Below are positions 25,001 to 38,700 of a stretch of 43,229 nucleotides of DNA, piece after piece. The DNA comes from Eledone cirrhosa (Eukaryota), in assembly GCA_964016885.1 (NCBI GenBank), contig CAXHJY010000487.1, positions 1-43,229 of the forward strand. The letters run 5' to 3'. Position numbers and translations under genes: made by a program. The number at the start of each line of letters is the position of its first letter. The first letter of the stretch is position 1. The notes beneath the pieces are model-generated. The model saw only the letters and a list, made by a program, of their open reading frames with translations. It had not been told where the DNA came from and did not search any database.

Positions 25001-26430
25001 CTATCCTAAGCTAAGCTAAGCTATCCTAAGCTAAGCTAAGCTAAGCTATCCTAAGCTAAGCTAAGCTATCCTAAGCTATCCTAAGCTATCCTAAGCTAAG
25101 CTAAGCTAAGCTATCCTAAGCTAAGCTATCCTAAGCTATCCTAAGCTAAGCTAAGCTAAGCTAACCTAAGCTAAGCTATCCTAAGCTAAGCTATCCTAAG
25201 CTAAGCTATCCTAAGCTAAGCTAAGCTAAGCTATCCTAAGCTAAGCTAAGCTATCCTAAGCTAAGCTAAGCTAAGCTATCCTAAGCTAAGCTAAGCTAAG
25301 CTATCCTAAGCTAAGCTATCCTAAGCTATCCTAAGCTAAGCTATCCTAAGCTATCCTAAGCTAAGCTATCCTAAGCTATCCTAAGCTAAGCTAAGCTAAG
25401 CTATCCTAAGCTAAGCTAAGCTAAGCTATCCTAAGCTAAGCTAAGCTAAGCTATCCTAAGCTATCCTAAGCTAAGCTATCCTAAGCTAAGCTATCCTAAG
25501 CTAAGCTATCCTAAGCTATGCTAAGCTAAGCTATCCTAAGCTAAGCTATCCTAAGCTATTCTAAGCTAAGCTATCCTAAGCTATCCTAAGCTAAGCTAAG
25601 CTATCCTAAGCTAAGCTAAGCTAAGCTAAGCTATCCTAAGCTAAGCTATGCTAAGCTAAGCTATCCTAAGCTAAGCTAAGCTAAGCTATCCTAAGCTAAG
25701 CTAAGCTAAGCTATCCTAAGCTAAGCTAAGCTATCCTAAGCTAAGCTAAGCTAAGCTATCCTAAGCTAAGCTAAGCTATCCTAAGCTAAGCTAAGCTAAG
25801 CTAAGCTATCCTAAGCTAAGCTAAGCTAAGCTATCCTAAGCTAAGCTAAGCTAAGCTATCCTAAGCTAAGCTAAGCTAAGCTATCCTAAGCTAAGCTAAG
25901 CTATCCTAAGCTAAGCTAAGCTAAGCTATCCTAAGCTAAGCTAAGCTATCCTAAGCTAAGCTAAGCTAAGCTATCCTAAGCTAAGCTAAGCTAAGCTATC
26001 CTAAGCTAAGCTAAGCTATCCTAAGCTAAGCTAAGCTAAGCTATCCTAAGCTAAGCTAAGCTAAGCTATCCTAAGCTATCCTAAGCTAAGCAATCCTAAG
26101 CTAAGCTAAGCTGAGCTATCCTAAGCTAAGCTAAGCTATCCGAAGCTAAGCTAAGCTAAGCTATCCTAAGCTAAGCTATCCTAAGCTATCCTAAGCTAAG
26201 CTATCCTAAGCTAAGCTATACTAAGCTATCCTAAGCTAAGCTATCCTAAGCTAAGCTAAGCTAAGCTATCCTAAGCTAAGCTAAGCTAAGCTATCATAAG
26301 CTAAGCTAAGCTATCCTAAGCTAAGCTAAGCTAAGCTATCCTAAGCTAAGCTAAGCTAAGTTATCCTAAGCTAAGCTAAGCTAAGCTATCCTAAGCTATC
26401 CTAAGCTAAGCTATCCTAAGCTAAGCTATC
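22077..26430. repeat. Higher-order block A, copy 2
   Basis: Same marker series as 1-4375 (e.g. GTATC 22237, CTAC 23092, CTAAC 23376, CTACG 24791, CTATT 25556, CTATA 26216). It has one fewer 25-bp (CTAAG)4CTATC module near 23470-23520 and lacks the CAAAG variant at 4300. Confidence 0.93.
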
Positions 26431-29400
26431 CTAAGCTAAGCTCTCCTAAGGTAAGCTATCCTAAGCTATCCTAAGCTAAGCTATCCTAAGCTATCCTAAG
26501 CTAAGCTAAGCTAAGCTCTCCTAAGCTAAGCTAAGCTAAGCTATCCTAAGCTAAGCTAAGCTAAGCTATCCTAAGCTAAGCTAAGCTAAGCTATCCTAAG
26601 CTAAGCTATCCTAAGCTATCCTAAGCTAAGCTATCCTAAGCTATCCTAAGCTAAGCTAAGCTAAGCTTTCCTAAGCTAAGCTAAGCTAAGCTATCCTAAG
26701 CTAAGCTAATCTATCCTAAGCTAAGCTAAGCTAAGCTATCCTAAGCTAAGCTAAGCTAAGCTATCCTAAGCTAAGCTAAGCTAAGCTATCCTAAGCTAAG
26801 CTAAGCTAAGCTATCCTAAGCTAAGCTAAGCTATCCTAAGCTAAGCTAAGCTAAGCTATCCTAAGCTAAGCTAAGCTATCCTAAGCTAAGCTAAGCTAAG
26901 CTATCCTAAGCTATCCTAAGCTATCCTAAGCTAAGCTAAGCTAAGCTATCCTAAGCTAAGCTAAGCTAAGCTATCCTAAGCTAAGCTAAGCTAAGCTATC
27001 CTAAGCTAAGCTAAGCTAAGCTATCCTAAGCTAAGCTAAGCTAAGCAATCCTAAGCTATCCTAAGCTAAGCTATCCTAAGCTAAGCTAAGCTAAGCTATC
27101 CTAAGCTAAACTAAGCTAAGCTAACCTAAGCTAAGCTAAGCTAAGCTATCCTAAGCTAAGCTATCCTAAGCTATCCTAAGCTAAGCTAAGCTAAGCTAAC
27201 CTAAGCTAAGCTATCCTAAGCTAAGCTATCCTAAGCTAAGCTATCCTAAGCTAAGCTAAGCTAAGCTATCCTAAGCTAAGCTAAGCTATCCTAAGCTAAG
27301 CTAAGCTAAGCTATCCTAAGCTAAGCTAAGCTAAGCTATCCTAAGCTATCCTAAGCTAAGCTATCCTAAGCTAAGCTATCCTAAGCTAAGCTAATCTATC
27401 CTAAGCTAAGCTAAGCTAAGCTATCCTAAGCTAACCTATCCTAAGCTAAGCTATCCTAAGCTATCCTAAGCTAAGCTATCCTAATCTATCCTAAGCTAAG
27501 CTATCCTAAGCTATCCTAAGCTAAGCTATCCTAAGCTATCCTAAGCTAAGCTAAGCTAAGCTATCCTAAGCTATCCTAAGCTAAGCTATCCTAAGCTAAG
27601 CTATCCTAAGCTAAGCTATCCTAAGCTATCCTAAGCTAAGCTATCCTAAGCTATCCTAGGCTAAGCTATCCTAAGCTATCCTAAGCTAAGCTAAGCTAAG
27701 CTATCCTAAGCTAAGCTAAGCTAAGCTCTCCTAAGCTAAGCTAAGCTAAGCTAAGCTTTCCTAAGCTAAGCTAAGCTAAGCTATCCTAAGCTAAGCTAAT
27801 CTATCCTAAGCTAAGCTAAGCTAAGCTATCCTAAGCTAAGCTAAGCTAAGCTATCCTAAGCTAAGCTAATCTAAGCTATCCTAAGCTAAGCTAAGCTAAG
27901 CTATCCTAAGCTAAGCTAAGCTAAGCTATCCTAAGCTAAGCTAAGCTAAGCTATCCTAAGCTAAGATAAGCTAAGCTATCCTAAGCTAAGCTAAGCTATC
28001 CTAAGCTAAGCTAAGCTAAGCTATCCTAAGCTAAGCTAAGCTAAGCTATCCTAAGCTAAGCTAAGCTAAGCTATCCTAAGCTATCCTAAGCTATCCTAAG
28101 CTAAGCTAAGCTAAGCTATCCTAAGCTAAGCTAAGCTAAGCTATCCTAAGCTAAGCCAAGCTAAGCTATCCTAAGCTAAGCTAAGCTATCCTAAGCTAAG
28201 CTAAGCTAAGCTATCCTAAGCTAAGCTAAGCTAAGCTATCCTAAGCTATCCTAAGCTAAGCTATCCTAAGCTAAGCTAAGCTAAGCTATCCTAAGCTAAG
28301 CTAAGCTATCCTAAGCTAAGCTAAGCTAAGCTATCCTAAGCTAAGCTAAGCTAAGCTATCCTAAGCTAAGCTATCCTAAGCTATCCTAAGCTAAGCTAAG
28401 CTAAGCTAACCTAAGCTAAGCTATCCTAAGCTAAGCTATCCTAAGCTAAGCTATCCTAAGCTAAGCTAAGCTAAGCTATCCTAAGCTAAGCTAAGCTAAG
28501 CTATCCTAAGCTAAGCTAAGCTATCCTAAGCTAAGCTAAGCTAAGCTGTCCTAAGCTAAGCTAAGCTAAGCTATCCTAAGCTAAGCTAAGCTAAGCTATC
28601 CTAAGCTAAGCTAAGCTATCCTAAGCTAAGCTAAGCTAAGCTATCCTAAGCTAAGCTAAGCTAAGCTATCCTAAGCTAAGCTAAGCTAAGCTATCCTAAG
28701 CTATCCTAAGCTATCCTAAGCTAAGCTATCCTAAGCTATCCTAAGCTAAGCTATCCTAAGCTATCCTAAGCTAAGCTAAGCTAAGCTATCCTAAGCTAAG
28801 CTAAGCTAAGCTATCCTAAGCTAAGCTAATCTAAGCTATCCTAAGCTAAGCTAAGCTAAGCTATCCTAAGCTATCCTAAGCTAAGCTATCCTAAGCTAAG
28901 CTATCCTAAGCTATCCTAAGCTAAGCTATCCTAAGCTATCCTAAGCTAAGCTATCCTAAGCTAAGCTATCCTAAGCTATCCTAAGCTAAGCTATCCTAAG
29001 CTATCCTAAGCTAAGCTATCCTAAGCTTAGCTAAGCTAAGCTAAGCTAACCTAAGCTAAGCTATCCTAAGCTAAGCTAAGCTAAGCTATCCTAAGCTAAG
29101 CTAAGCTATCCTAAGCTATCCTAAGCTAAGCTATCCTAAGCTAAGCTATCCTAAGCTAAGCTATCCTAAGCTATCCTAAGCTAAGCTACCTAAGCTAAGC
29201 TCTCCTAAGGTAAGCTATCCTAAGCTATCCTAAGCTAAGCTATCCTAAGCTATCCTAAGCTAAGCTAAGCTAAGCTCTCCTAAGCTAAGCTAAGCTAAGC
29301 TATCCTAAGCTAAGCTAAGCTAAGCTAAGCTAAGCTATCCTAAGCTAAGCTAAGCTAAGCTACCTAAGCTAAGCTAAGCTAAGCTATCCTAAGCTAAGCT

Positions 29401-32400
29401 AAGCTAAGCTATCCTAAGCTAAGCTAAGCTAAGCTCTCCTAAGCTAAGCTAAGCTAAGCTATCCTAAGCTAAGCTAAGCTTTCCTAAGCTAAGCTAAGCT
29501 AAGCTATCCTAAGCTAAGCTAATCTATCCTAAGCTAAGCTAAGCTAAGCTATCCTAAGCTAAGCTAAGCTAAGCTATCCTAAGCTAAGCTAAGCTAAGCT
29601 ATCCTAAGATAAGCTAAGCTAAGCTATCCTAAGCTAAGCTAAGCTAAGCTATCCTAAGCTAAGCTAAGCTATCCTAAGCTAAGCTAAGCTAAGCTATCCT
29701 AAGCTAAGCTAAGCTATCCTAAGCTAAGCTAAGCTAAGCTATCCTAAGCTAAGCTAAGCTAAGCTATCCTAAGCTATCCTAAGCTAAGCTATCCTAAGCT
29801 AAGCTATCCTAAGCTATCCTAAGCTAAGCTATCCTAAGCTAAGCTAAGCTAAGCTATCCTAAGCTAAGCTAAGCAATCCTAAGCTAAGCTAAGCTAAGCT
29901 ATCCTAAGCTAAGCTAAGCTAAGCTATCCTAAGCTAAGCTAAGCTAAGCTATCCTAAGCTAAGCTAAGCTATTCTAAGCTAAGCTAAGCTAAGCTATCCT
30001 AAGCTAAGCTAAGCTAAGCTATCCTAAGCTAAGCTAAGCTAAGCTATCCTAAGCTATCCTAAGCTATCCTAAGCTAAGCTAAGCTAAGCTATCCTAAGCT
30101 AAGCTAAGCTAAGCTATCCTAAGCTAAGCTAAGCTAAGCTATCCTAAGCTATGCTAAGCTATCCTAAGCTAAGCTATGCTAAGCTATCCTAAGCTAAGCT
30201 AAGCTAAGCTATCCTAAGCTATCCTAAGCTAAGCTATCCTAAGCTAAGCTAAGCTAAGCTATCCTAAGCTAAGCTAAGCTAAGCTATCCTAAGCTAAGCT
30301 AAGCTAAGCTATCCTAAGCTAAGCTAAGCTAAGCTATCCTAAGCTAAGCTATCCTAAGCTATCCTAAGCTAAGCTAAGCTAAGCTAACCTAAGCTAAGCT
30401 ATCCTAAGCTAAGCTATCCTAAGCTAAGCTATCCTAAGCTAAGCTAAGCTAAGCTATCCTAAGCTAAGCTAAGCTAAGCTATCCTAAGCTAAGCTAAGCT
30501 ATCCTAAGCTAAGCTAAGCTAAGCTGTCCTAAGCTAAGCTAAGCTAAGCTATCCTAAGCTAAGCTAAGCTAAGCTATCCTAAGCTAAGCTAAGCTATCCT
30601 AAGCTAAGCTAAGCTAAGCTAAGCTAAGCTAAGCTATCCTAAGCTAAGCTAAGCTAAGCTATCCTAAGCTATCCTAAGCTATCCTAAGCTAAGCTATCCT
30701 AAGCTATCCTAAGCTAAGCTATCCTAAGCTATCCTAAGCTAAGCTAAGCTAAGCTATCCTAAGCTAAGCTAAGCTAAGCTATCCTAAGCTAAGCTAAGCT
30801 AAGCTATCCTAAGCTAAGCTAAGCTAAGCTACCCTAAGCTATCCTAAGCTAAGCTATCCTAAGCTAAGCTATCCTAAGCTATCCTAAGCTAAGCTATCCT
30901 AAGCTATCCTAAGCTAAGCTATCCTAAGCTAAGCTATCCTAAGCTATCCTAAGCTAAGCTATCCTAAGCTATCCTAAGCTAAGCTATCCTAAGCTAAGCT
31001 AAGCTAAGCTAAGCTAACCTAAGCTAAGCTATCCTAAGCTAAGCTAAGCTAAGCTATCCTAAGCTAAGCTAAGCTAAGCTATCCTAAGCTATCCTAAGCT
31101 AAGCTATCCTAAGCTAAGCTCTCCTAAGGTAAGCTATCCTAAGCTATCCTAAGCTAAGCTATCCTAAGCTATCCTAAGCTAAGCTAAGCTAAGCTCTCCT
31201 AAGCTAAGCTAAGCTAAGCTATCCTAAGCTAAGCTAAGCTAAGCTAAGCTATCCTAAGCTAAGCTAAGCTAAGCTACCTAAGCTAAGCTAAGCTAAGCTA
31301 TCCTAAGCTAAGCTAAGCTAAGCTATCCTAAGCTAAGCTAAGCTAAGCTCTCCTAAGCTAAGCTAAACTAAGCTATCCTAAGCTAAGCTAAGCTTTCCTA
31401 AGCTAAGCTAAGCTAAGCTATCCTAAGCTAAGCTAATCTATCCTAAGCTAAGCTAAGCTAAGCTATCCTAAGCTAAGCTAAGCTAAGCTATCCTAAGCTA
31501 AGCTAAGCTAAGCTATCCTAAGCTAAGCTAAGCTAAGCTATCCTAAGCTATCCTAAGCTAAGCTATCCTAAGCTAAGCTATCCTAAGCTATCCTAAGCTA
31601 AGCTATCCTAAGCTATCCTAAGCTAAGCTATCCTAAGCTAAGCTATCCTAAGCTATCCTAAGCTAAGCTATCCTAAGCTATCCTAAGCTAAGCTATCCTA
31701 AGCTTAGCTAAGCTAAGCTAAGCTAACCTAAGCTAAGCTATCCTAAGCTAAGCTAAGCTAAGCTATCCTAAGCTAAGCTAAGCTATCCTAAGCTATCCTA
31801 AGCTAAGCTATCCTAAGCTAAGCTATCCTAAGCTAAGCTATCCTAAGCTATCCTAAGCTAAGCTATCCTAAGCTAAGCTCTCCTAAGGTAAGCTATCCTA
31901 AGCTATCCTAAGCTAAGCTATCCTAAGCTATCCTAAGCTAAGCTAAGCTAAGCTCTCCTAAGCTAAGCTAAGCTAAGCTATCCTAAGCTAAGCTAAGCTA
32001 AGCTAAGCTAAGCTATCCTAAGCTAAGCTAAGCTAAGCTACCTAAGCTAAGCTAAGCTAAGCTATCCTAAGCTAAGCTAAGCTAAGCTATCCTAAGCTAA
32101 GCTAAGCTAAGCTCTCCTAAGCTAAGCTAAGCTAAGCTATCCTAAGCTAAGCTAAGCTTTCCTAAGCTAAGCTAAGCTAAGCTATCCTAAGCTAAGCTAA
32201 TCTATCCTTAGCTAAGCTAAGCTAAGCTATCCTAAGCTAAGCTAAGCTAAGCTATCCTAAGCTAAGCTAAGCTAAGCTATCCTAAGATAAGCTAAGCTAA
32301 GCTATCCTAAGCTAAGCTAAGCTAAGCTATCCTAAGCTAAGCTAAGCTATCCTAAGCTAAGCTAAGCTAAGCTATCCTAAGCTAAGCTAAGCTATCCTAA

Positions 32401-35400
32401 GCTAAGCTAAGCTAAGCTATCCTAAGCTAAGCTAAGCTAAGCTATCCTAAGCTATCCTAAGCTAAGCTATCCTAAGCTAAGCTATCCTAAGCTATCCTAA
32501 GCTAAGCTATCCTAAGCTAAGCTAAGCTAAGCTATCCTAAGCTAAGCTAAGCAATCCTAAGCTAAGCTAAGCTAAGCTATCCTAAGCTAAGCTAAGCTAA
32601 GCTATCCTAAGCTAAGCTAAGCTAAGCTATCCTAAGCTAAGCTAAGCTATCCTAAGCTAAGCTAAGCTAAGCTATCCTAAGCTAAGCTAAGCTAAGCTAT
32701 CCTAAGCTAAGCTAAGCTAAGCTATCCTAAGCTATCCTAAGCTATCCTAAGCTAAGCTAAGCTAAGCTATCCTAAGCTAAGCTAAGCTAAGCTATCCTAA
32801 GCTAAGCTAAGCTAAGCTATCCTAAGCTATGCTAAGCTATCCTAAGCTAAGCTATGCTAAGCTATCCTAAGCTAAGCTAAGCTAAGCTATCCTAAGCTAT
32901 CCTAAGCTAAGCTATCCTAAGCTAAGCTAAGCTAAGCTATCCTAAGCTAAGCTAAGCTAAGCTATCCTAAGCTAAGCTAAGCTAAGCTATCCTAAGCTAA
33001 GCTAAGCTAAGCTACCCTAAGCTAAGCTATCCTAAGCTATCCTAAGCTAAGCTAAGCTAAGCTAACCTAAGCTAAGCTATCCTAAGCTAAGCTATCCTAA
33101 GCTAAGCTATCCTAAGCTAAGCTAAGCTAAGCTATCCTAAGCTAAGCTAAGCTAAGCTATCCTAAGCTAAGCTAAGCTAAGCTGTCCTAAGCTAAGCTAA
33201 GCTAAGCTATCCTAAGCTAAGCTAAGCTAAGCTATCCTAAGCTAAGCTAAGCTATCCTAAGCTAAGCTAAGCTAAGCTATCCTAAGCTATCCTAAGCTAA
33301 GCTATCCTAAGCTAAGCTATCCTAAGCTATCCTAAGCTAAGCTATCCTAAGCTATCCTAAGCTAAGCTATCCTAAGCTAAGCTATCCTAAGCTATCCTAA
33401 GCTAAGCTATCCTAAGCTATCCTAAGCTAAGCTATCCTAAGCTTAGCTAAGCTAAGCTAAGCTAACCTAAGCTAAGCTATCCTAAGCTAAGCTAAGCTAA
33501 GCTATCCTAAGCTAAGCTAAGCTATCCTAAGCTATCCTAAGCTAAGCTATCCTAAGCTAAGCTATCCTAAGCTAAGCTATCCTAAGCTATCCTAAGCTAA
33601 GCTATCCTAAGCTAAGCTCTCCTAAGGTAAGCTATCCTAAGCTATCCTAAGCTAAGCTATCCTAAGCTATCCTAAGCTAAGCTAAGCTAAGCTCTCCTAA
33701 GCTAAGCTAAGCTAAGCTATCCTAAGCTAAGCTAAGCTAAGCTAAGCTAAGCTATCCTAAGCTAAGCTAAGCTAAGCTACCTAAGCTAAGCTAAGCTAAG
33801 CTATCCTAAGCTAAGCTAAGCTAAGCTATCCTAAGCTAAGCTAAGCTAAGCTCTCCTAAGCTAAGCTAAGCTAAGCTATCCTAAGCTAAGCTAAGCTTTC
33901 CTAAGCTAAGCTAAGCTAAGCTATCCTAAGCTAAGCTAATCTATCCTTAGCTAAGCTAAGCTAAGCTATCCTAAGCTAAGCTAAGCTAAGCTATCCTAAG
34001 CTAAGCTAAGCTAAGCTATCCTAAGATAAGCTAAGCTAAGCTATCCTAAGCTAAGCTAAGCTAAGCTATCCTAAGCTAAGCTAAGCTATCCTAAGCTAAG
34101 CTAAGCTAAGCTATCCTAAGCTAAGCTAAGCTATCCTAAGCTAAGCTAAGCTAAGCTATCCTAAGCTAAGCTAAGCTAAGCTATCCTAAGCTATCCTAAG
34201 CTAAGCTATCCTAAGCTAAGCTATCCTAAGCTATCCTAAGCTAAGCTATCCTAAGCTAAGCTAAGCTAAGCTATCCTAAGCTAAGCTAAGCAATCCTAAG
34301 CTAAGCTAAGCTAAGCTATCCTAAGCTAAGCTAAGCTAAGCTATCCTAAGCTAAGCTAAGCTAAGCTATCCTAAGCTAAGCTAAGCTATCCTAAGCTAAG
34401 CTAAGCTAAGCTATCCTAAGCTAAGCTAAGCTAAGCTATCCTAAGCTAAGCTAAGCTAAGCTATCCTAAGCTATCCTAAGCTATCCTAAGCTAAGCTAAG
34501 CTAAGCTATCCTAAGCTAAGCTAAGCTAAGCTATCCTAAGCTAAGCTAAGCTAAGCTATCCTAAGCTATGCTAAGCTATCCTAAGCTAAGCTATGCTAAG
34601 CTATCCTAAGCTAAGCTAAGCTAAGCTATCCTAAGCTATCCTAAGCTAAGCTATCCTAAGCTAAGCTAAGCTAAGCTATCCTAAGCTAAGCTAAGCTAAG
34701 CTATCCTAAGCTAAGCTAAGCTAAGCTATCCTAAGCTAAGCTAAGCTAAGCTACCCTAAGCTAAGCTATCCTAAGCTATCCTAAGCTAAGCTAAGCTAAG
34801 CTAACCTAAGCTAAGCTATCCTAAGCTAAGCTATCCTAAGCTAAGCTATCCTAAGCTAAGCTAAGCTAAGCTATCCTAAGCTAAGCTAAGCTAAGCTATC
34901 CTAAGCTAAGCTAAGCTATCCTAAGCTAAGCTAAGCTAAGCTGTCCTAAGCTAAGCTAAGCTAAGCTATCCTAAGCTAAGCTAAGCTAAGCTATCCTAAG
35001 CTAAGCTAAGCTATCCTAAGCTAAGCTAAGCTAAGCTAAGCTAAGCTAAGCTATCCTAAGCTAAGCTAAGCTAAGCTATCCTAAGCTATCCTAAGCTATC
35101 CTAAGCTAAGCTATCCTAAGCTATCCTAAGCTAAGCTATCCTAAGCTATCCTAAGCTAAGCTAAGCTAAGCTATCCTAAGCTAAGCTAAGCTAAGCTATC
35201 CTAAGCTAAGCTAAGCTAAGCTATCCTAAGCTAAGCTAAGCTAAGCTACCCTAAGCTATCCTAAGCTAAGCTATCCTAAGCTAAGCTATCCTAAGCTATC
35301 CTAAGCTAAGCTATCCTAAGCTATCCTAAGCTAAGCTATCCTAAGCTAAGCTATCCTAAGCTATCCTAAGCTAAGCTATCCTAAGCTATCCTAAGCTAAG

Positions 35401-38400
35401 CTATCCTAAGCTAAGCTAAGCTAAGCTAAGCTAACCTAAGCTAAGCTATCCTAAGCTAAGCTAAGCTAAGCTATCCTAAGCTAAGCTAAGCTAAGCTATC
35501 CTAAGCTATCCTAAGCTAAGCTATCCTAAGCTAAGCTCTCCTAAGGTAAGCTATCCTAAGCTATCCTAAGCTAAGCTATCCTAAGCTATCCTAAGCTAAG
35601 CTAAGCTAAGCTCTCCTAAGCTAAGCTAAGCTAAGCTATCCTAAGCTAAGCTAAGCTATCCTAAGCTAAGCTAAGCTAAGCTACCTAAGCTAAGCTAAGC
35701 TAAGCTATCCTAAGCTAAGCTAAGCTAAGCTATCCTAAGCTAAGCTAAGCTAAGCTCTCCTAAGCTAAGCTAAACTAAGCTATCCTAAGCTAAGCTAAGC
35801 TTTCCTAAGCTAAGCTAAGCTAAGCTATCCTAAGCTAAGCTAATCTATCCTAAGCTAAGCTAAGCTAAGCTATCCTAAGCTAAGCTAAGCTAAGCTATCC
35901 TAAGCTAAGCTAAGCTAAGCTATCCTAAGCTAAGCTAAGCTAAGCTATCCTAAGCTAAGCTAAGCTATCCTAAGCTAAGCTAAGCTAAGCTATCCTAAGC
36001 TAAGCTAAGCTATCCTAAGCTAAGCTAAGCTAAGCTATCCTAAGCTATCCTAAGCTATCCTAAGCTAAGCTAAGCTAAGCTATCCTAAGCTAAGCTAAGC
36101 TAAGCTATCCTAAGCTAAGCTAAGCTATCCTAAGCTAAGCTAAGCTAAGCTATCCTAAGCTAAGCTAAGCTAAGCAATCCTAAGCTATCCTAAGCTAAGC
36201 TATCCTAAGCTAAGCTAAGCTAAGCTATCCTAAGCTAAACTAAGCTAAGCTATCCTAAGCTAAGCTAAGCTAAGCTATCCTAAGCTAAGCTATCCTAAGC
36301 TATCCTAAGCTAAGCTAAGCTAAGCTAACCTAAGCTAAGCTATCCTAAGCTAAGCTATCCTAAGCTAAGCTATCCTAAGCTAAGCTAAGCTAAGCTATCC
36401 TAAGCTAAGCTAAGCTAAGATATCCTAAGCTAAGCTAAGCTATCCTAAGCTAAGCTAAGCTAAGCTATCCTAAGCTAAGCTAAGCTAAGCTATCCTAAGC
36501 TATCCTAAGCTAAGCTATCCTAAGCTAAGCTATCCTAAGCTATCCTAAGCTAAGCTATCCTAAGCTAAGCTATCCTAAGCTAAGCTATCCTAAGCTATCC
36601 TAAGCTAAGCTAAGCTATCCTAAGCTATCCTAAGCTAAGCTATCCTAAGCTATCCTAAGCTAAGCTATCCTAAGCTATCCTAAGCTAAGCTAATCTATCC
36701 TAAGCTAAGCTAAGCTAAGCTATCCTAAGCTAAGCTAAGCTAAGCTATCCTAAGCTAAGCTAAGCTAAGCTATCCTAAGCTAAGCTAAGCTATCCTAAGC
36801 TAAGCTAAGCTAAGCTATCCTAAGCTAAATTAAGCTAAGCTATCCTAAGCTAAGCTAAGCTAAGCTATCCTAAGCTAAGCTAAGCTATCCTAAGCTAAGC
36901 TAAGCTAAGCTATCCTAAGCTAAGCTAAGCTAAGCTATCCTAAGCTAAGCTAAGCTAAGCTATCCTAAGCTATCCTAAGCTATCCTAAGCTAAGCTAAGC
37001 TAAGCTATCCTAAGCTAAGCTAAGCTAAGCTATCCTAAGCTAAGCTAAGCTAAGCTATCCTAAGCTAAGCTAAGCTATCCTAAGCTAAGCTAAGCTAAGC
37101 TATCCTAAGCTAAGCTAAGCTAAGCTATCCTAAGCTATCCTAAGCTAAGCTATCCTAAGCTAAGCTAAGCTAAGCTATCCTAAGCTAAGCTAAGCTAAGC
37201 TATCCTAAGCTAAGCTAAGCTAAGCTATCCTAAGCTAAGCTAAGCTATCCTAAGCTAAGCTATCCTAAGCTATCCTAAGCTAAGCTAAGCTAAGCTAACC
37301 TAAGCTAAGCTATCCTAAGCTAAGCTATCCTAAGCTAAGCTATCCTAAGCTAAGCTAAGCTAAGCTATCCTAAGCTAAGCTAAGCTAAGCTATCCTAAGC
37401 TAAGCTAAGCTATCCTAAGCTAAGCTAAGCTAAGCTGTCCTAAGCTAAGCTAAGCTAAGCTATCCTAAGCTAAGCTAAGCTAAGCTATCCTAAGCTAAGC
37501 TAAGCTAAGCTAAGCTAAGCTATCCTAAGCTATCCTAAGCTAAGCTATCCTAAGCTATCCTAAGCTAAGCTATCCTAAGCTATCCTAAGCTAAGCTAAGC
37601 TAAGCTATCCTAAGCTAAGCTAAGCTATCCTAAGCTAAGCTAAGCTAAGCTATCCTAAGCTAAGCTAAGCTAAGCTATCCTAAGCTATCCTAAGCTAAGC
37701 TATCCTAAGCTAAGCTATCCTAAGCTATCCTAAGCTAAGCTATCCTAAGCTATCCTAAGCTAAGCTATCCTAAGCTAAGCTATCCTAAGCTATCCTAAGC
37801 TATCCTAAGCTAAGCTATCCTAAGCTAAGCTAAGCTAAGCTAAGCTAACCTAAGCTAAGCTATCCTAAGCTAAGCTAAGCTAAGCTATCCTAAGCTAAGC
37901 TAAGCTAAGCTATCCTAAGCTATCCTAAGCTAAGCTATCCTAAGCTAAGCTATCCTAAGCTAAGCTATCCTAAGCTATCCTAAGCTAAGCTATCCTAAGC
38001 TAAGCTCTCCTAAGGTAAGCTATCCTAAGCTATCCTAAGCTAAGCTATCCTAAGCTAAGCTATCCTAAGCTATCCTAAGCTAAGCTAAGCTAAGCTCTCC
38101 TAAGCTAAGCTAAGCTAAGCTATCCTAAGCTAAGCTAAGCTAAGCTAAGCTAAGCTATCCTAAGCTAAGCTAAGCTAAGCTACCTAAGCTAAGCTAAGCT
38201 ATCCTAAGCTAAGCTAAGCTAAGCTATCCTAAGCTAAGCTAAGCTAAGCTCTCCTAAGCTAAGCTAAGCTAAGCTATCCTAAGCTAAGCTAAGCTTTCCT
38301 AAGCTAAGCTAAGCTAAGCTAATCTATCCTAAGCTAAGCTAAGCTAAGCTATCCTAAGCTAAGCTAAGCTAAGCTATCCTAAGCTAAGCTAAGCTAAGCT

Positions 38401-38700
38401 ATCCTAAGCTAAGCTAAGCTAAGCTATCCTAAGCTAAGCTAAGCTAAGCTATCCTAAGCTAAGCTAAGCTATCCTAAGCTAAGCTAAGCTAAGCTATCCT
38501 AAGCTAAGCTAAGCTATCCTAAGTTAAGCTAAGCTAAGCTATCCTAAGCTATCCTAAGCTATCCTAAGCTAAGCTAAGCTAAGCTATGCTAAGCTAAGCT
38601 AAGCTATCCTAAGCTAAGCTAAGCTATCCTAAGCTAAGCTAAGCTAAGCTATCCTAAGCTAAGCTAAGCTAAGCAATCCTAAGCTATCCTAAGCTAAGCT
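26430..38700. repeat. Subfamily B, second and expanded tract
   Basis: GTAAG cassette at 26451, 29210, 31129, 31888, 33627, 35546 and 38015. Segment ~27400-31540 matches ~12290-16420 at offsets 15096-15135. Segment from ~26660 matches ~16260 onward at +10398 (CTTTC 16268/26666, CAATC 16648/27046, CTAAA 16708/27106). Confidence 0.87.
31540..34920. repeat. Near-identical tandem duplication with 1739-bp offset
   Basis: CTTAG 31703/33442, GTAAG 31888/33627, CTAC deletion 32038/33777, CTAAT-CTATC-CTTAG 32207/33946 and CTACC 33012/34751, all at +1739. Confidence 0.9.
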
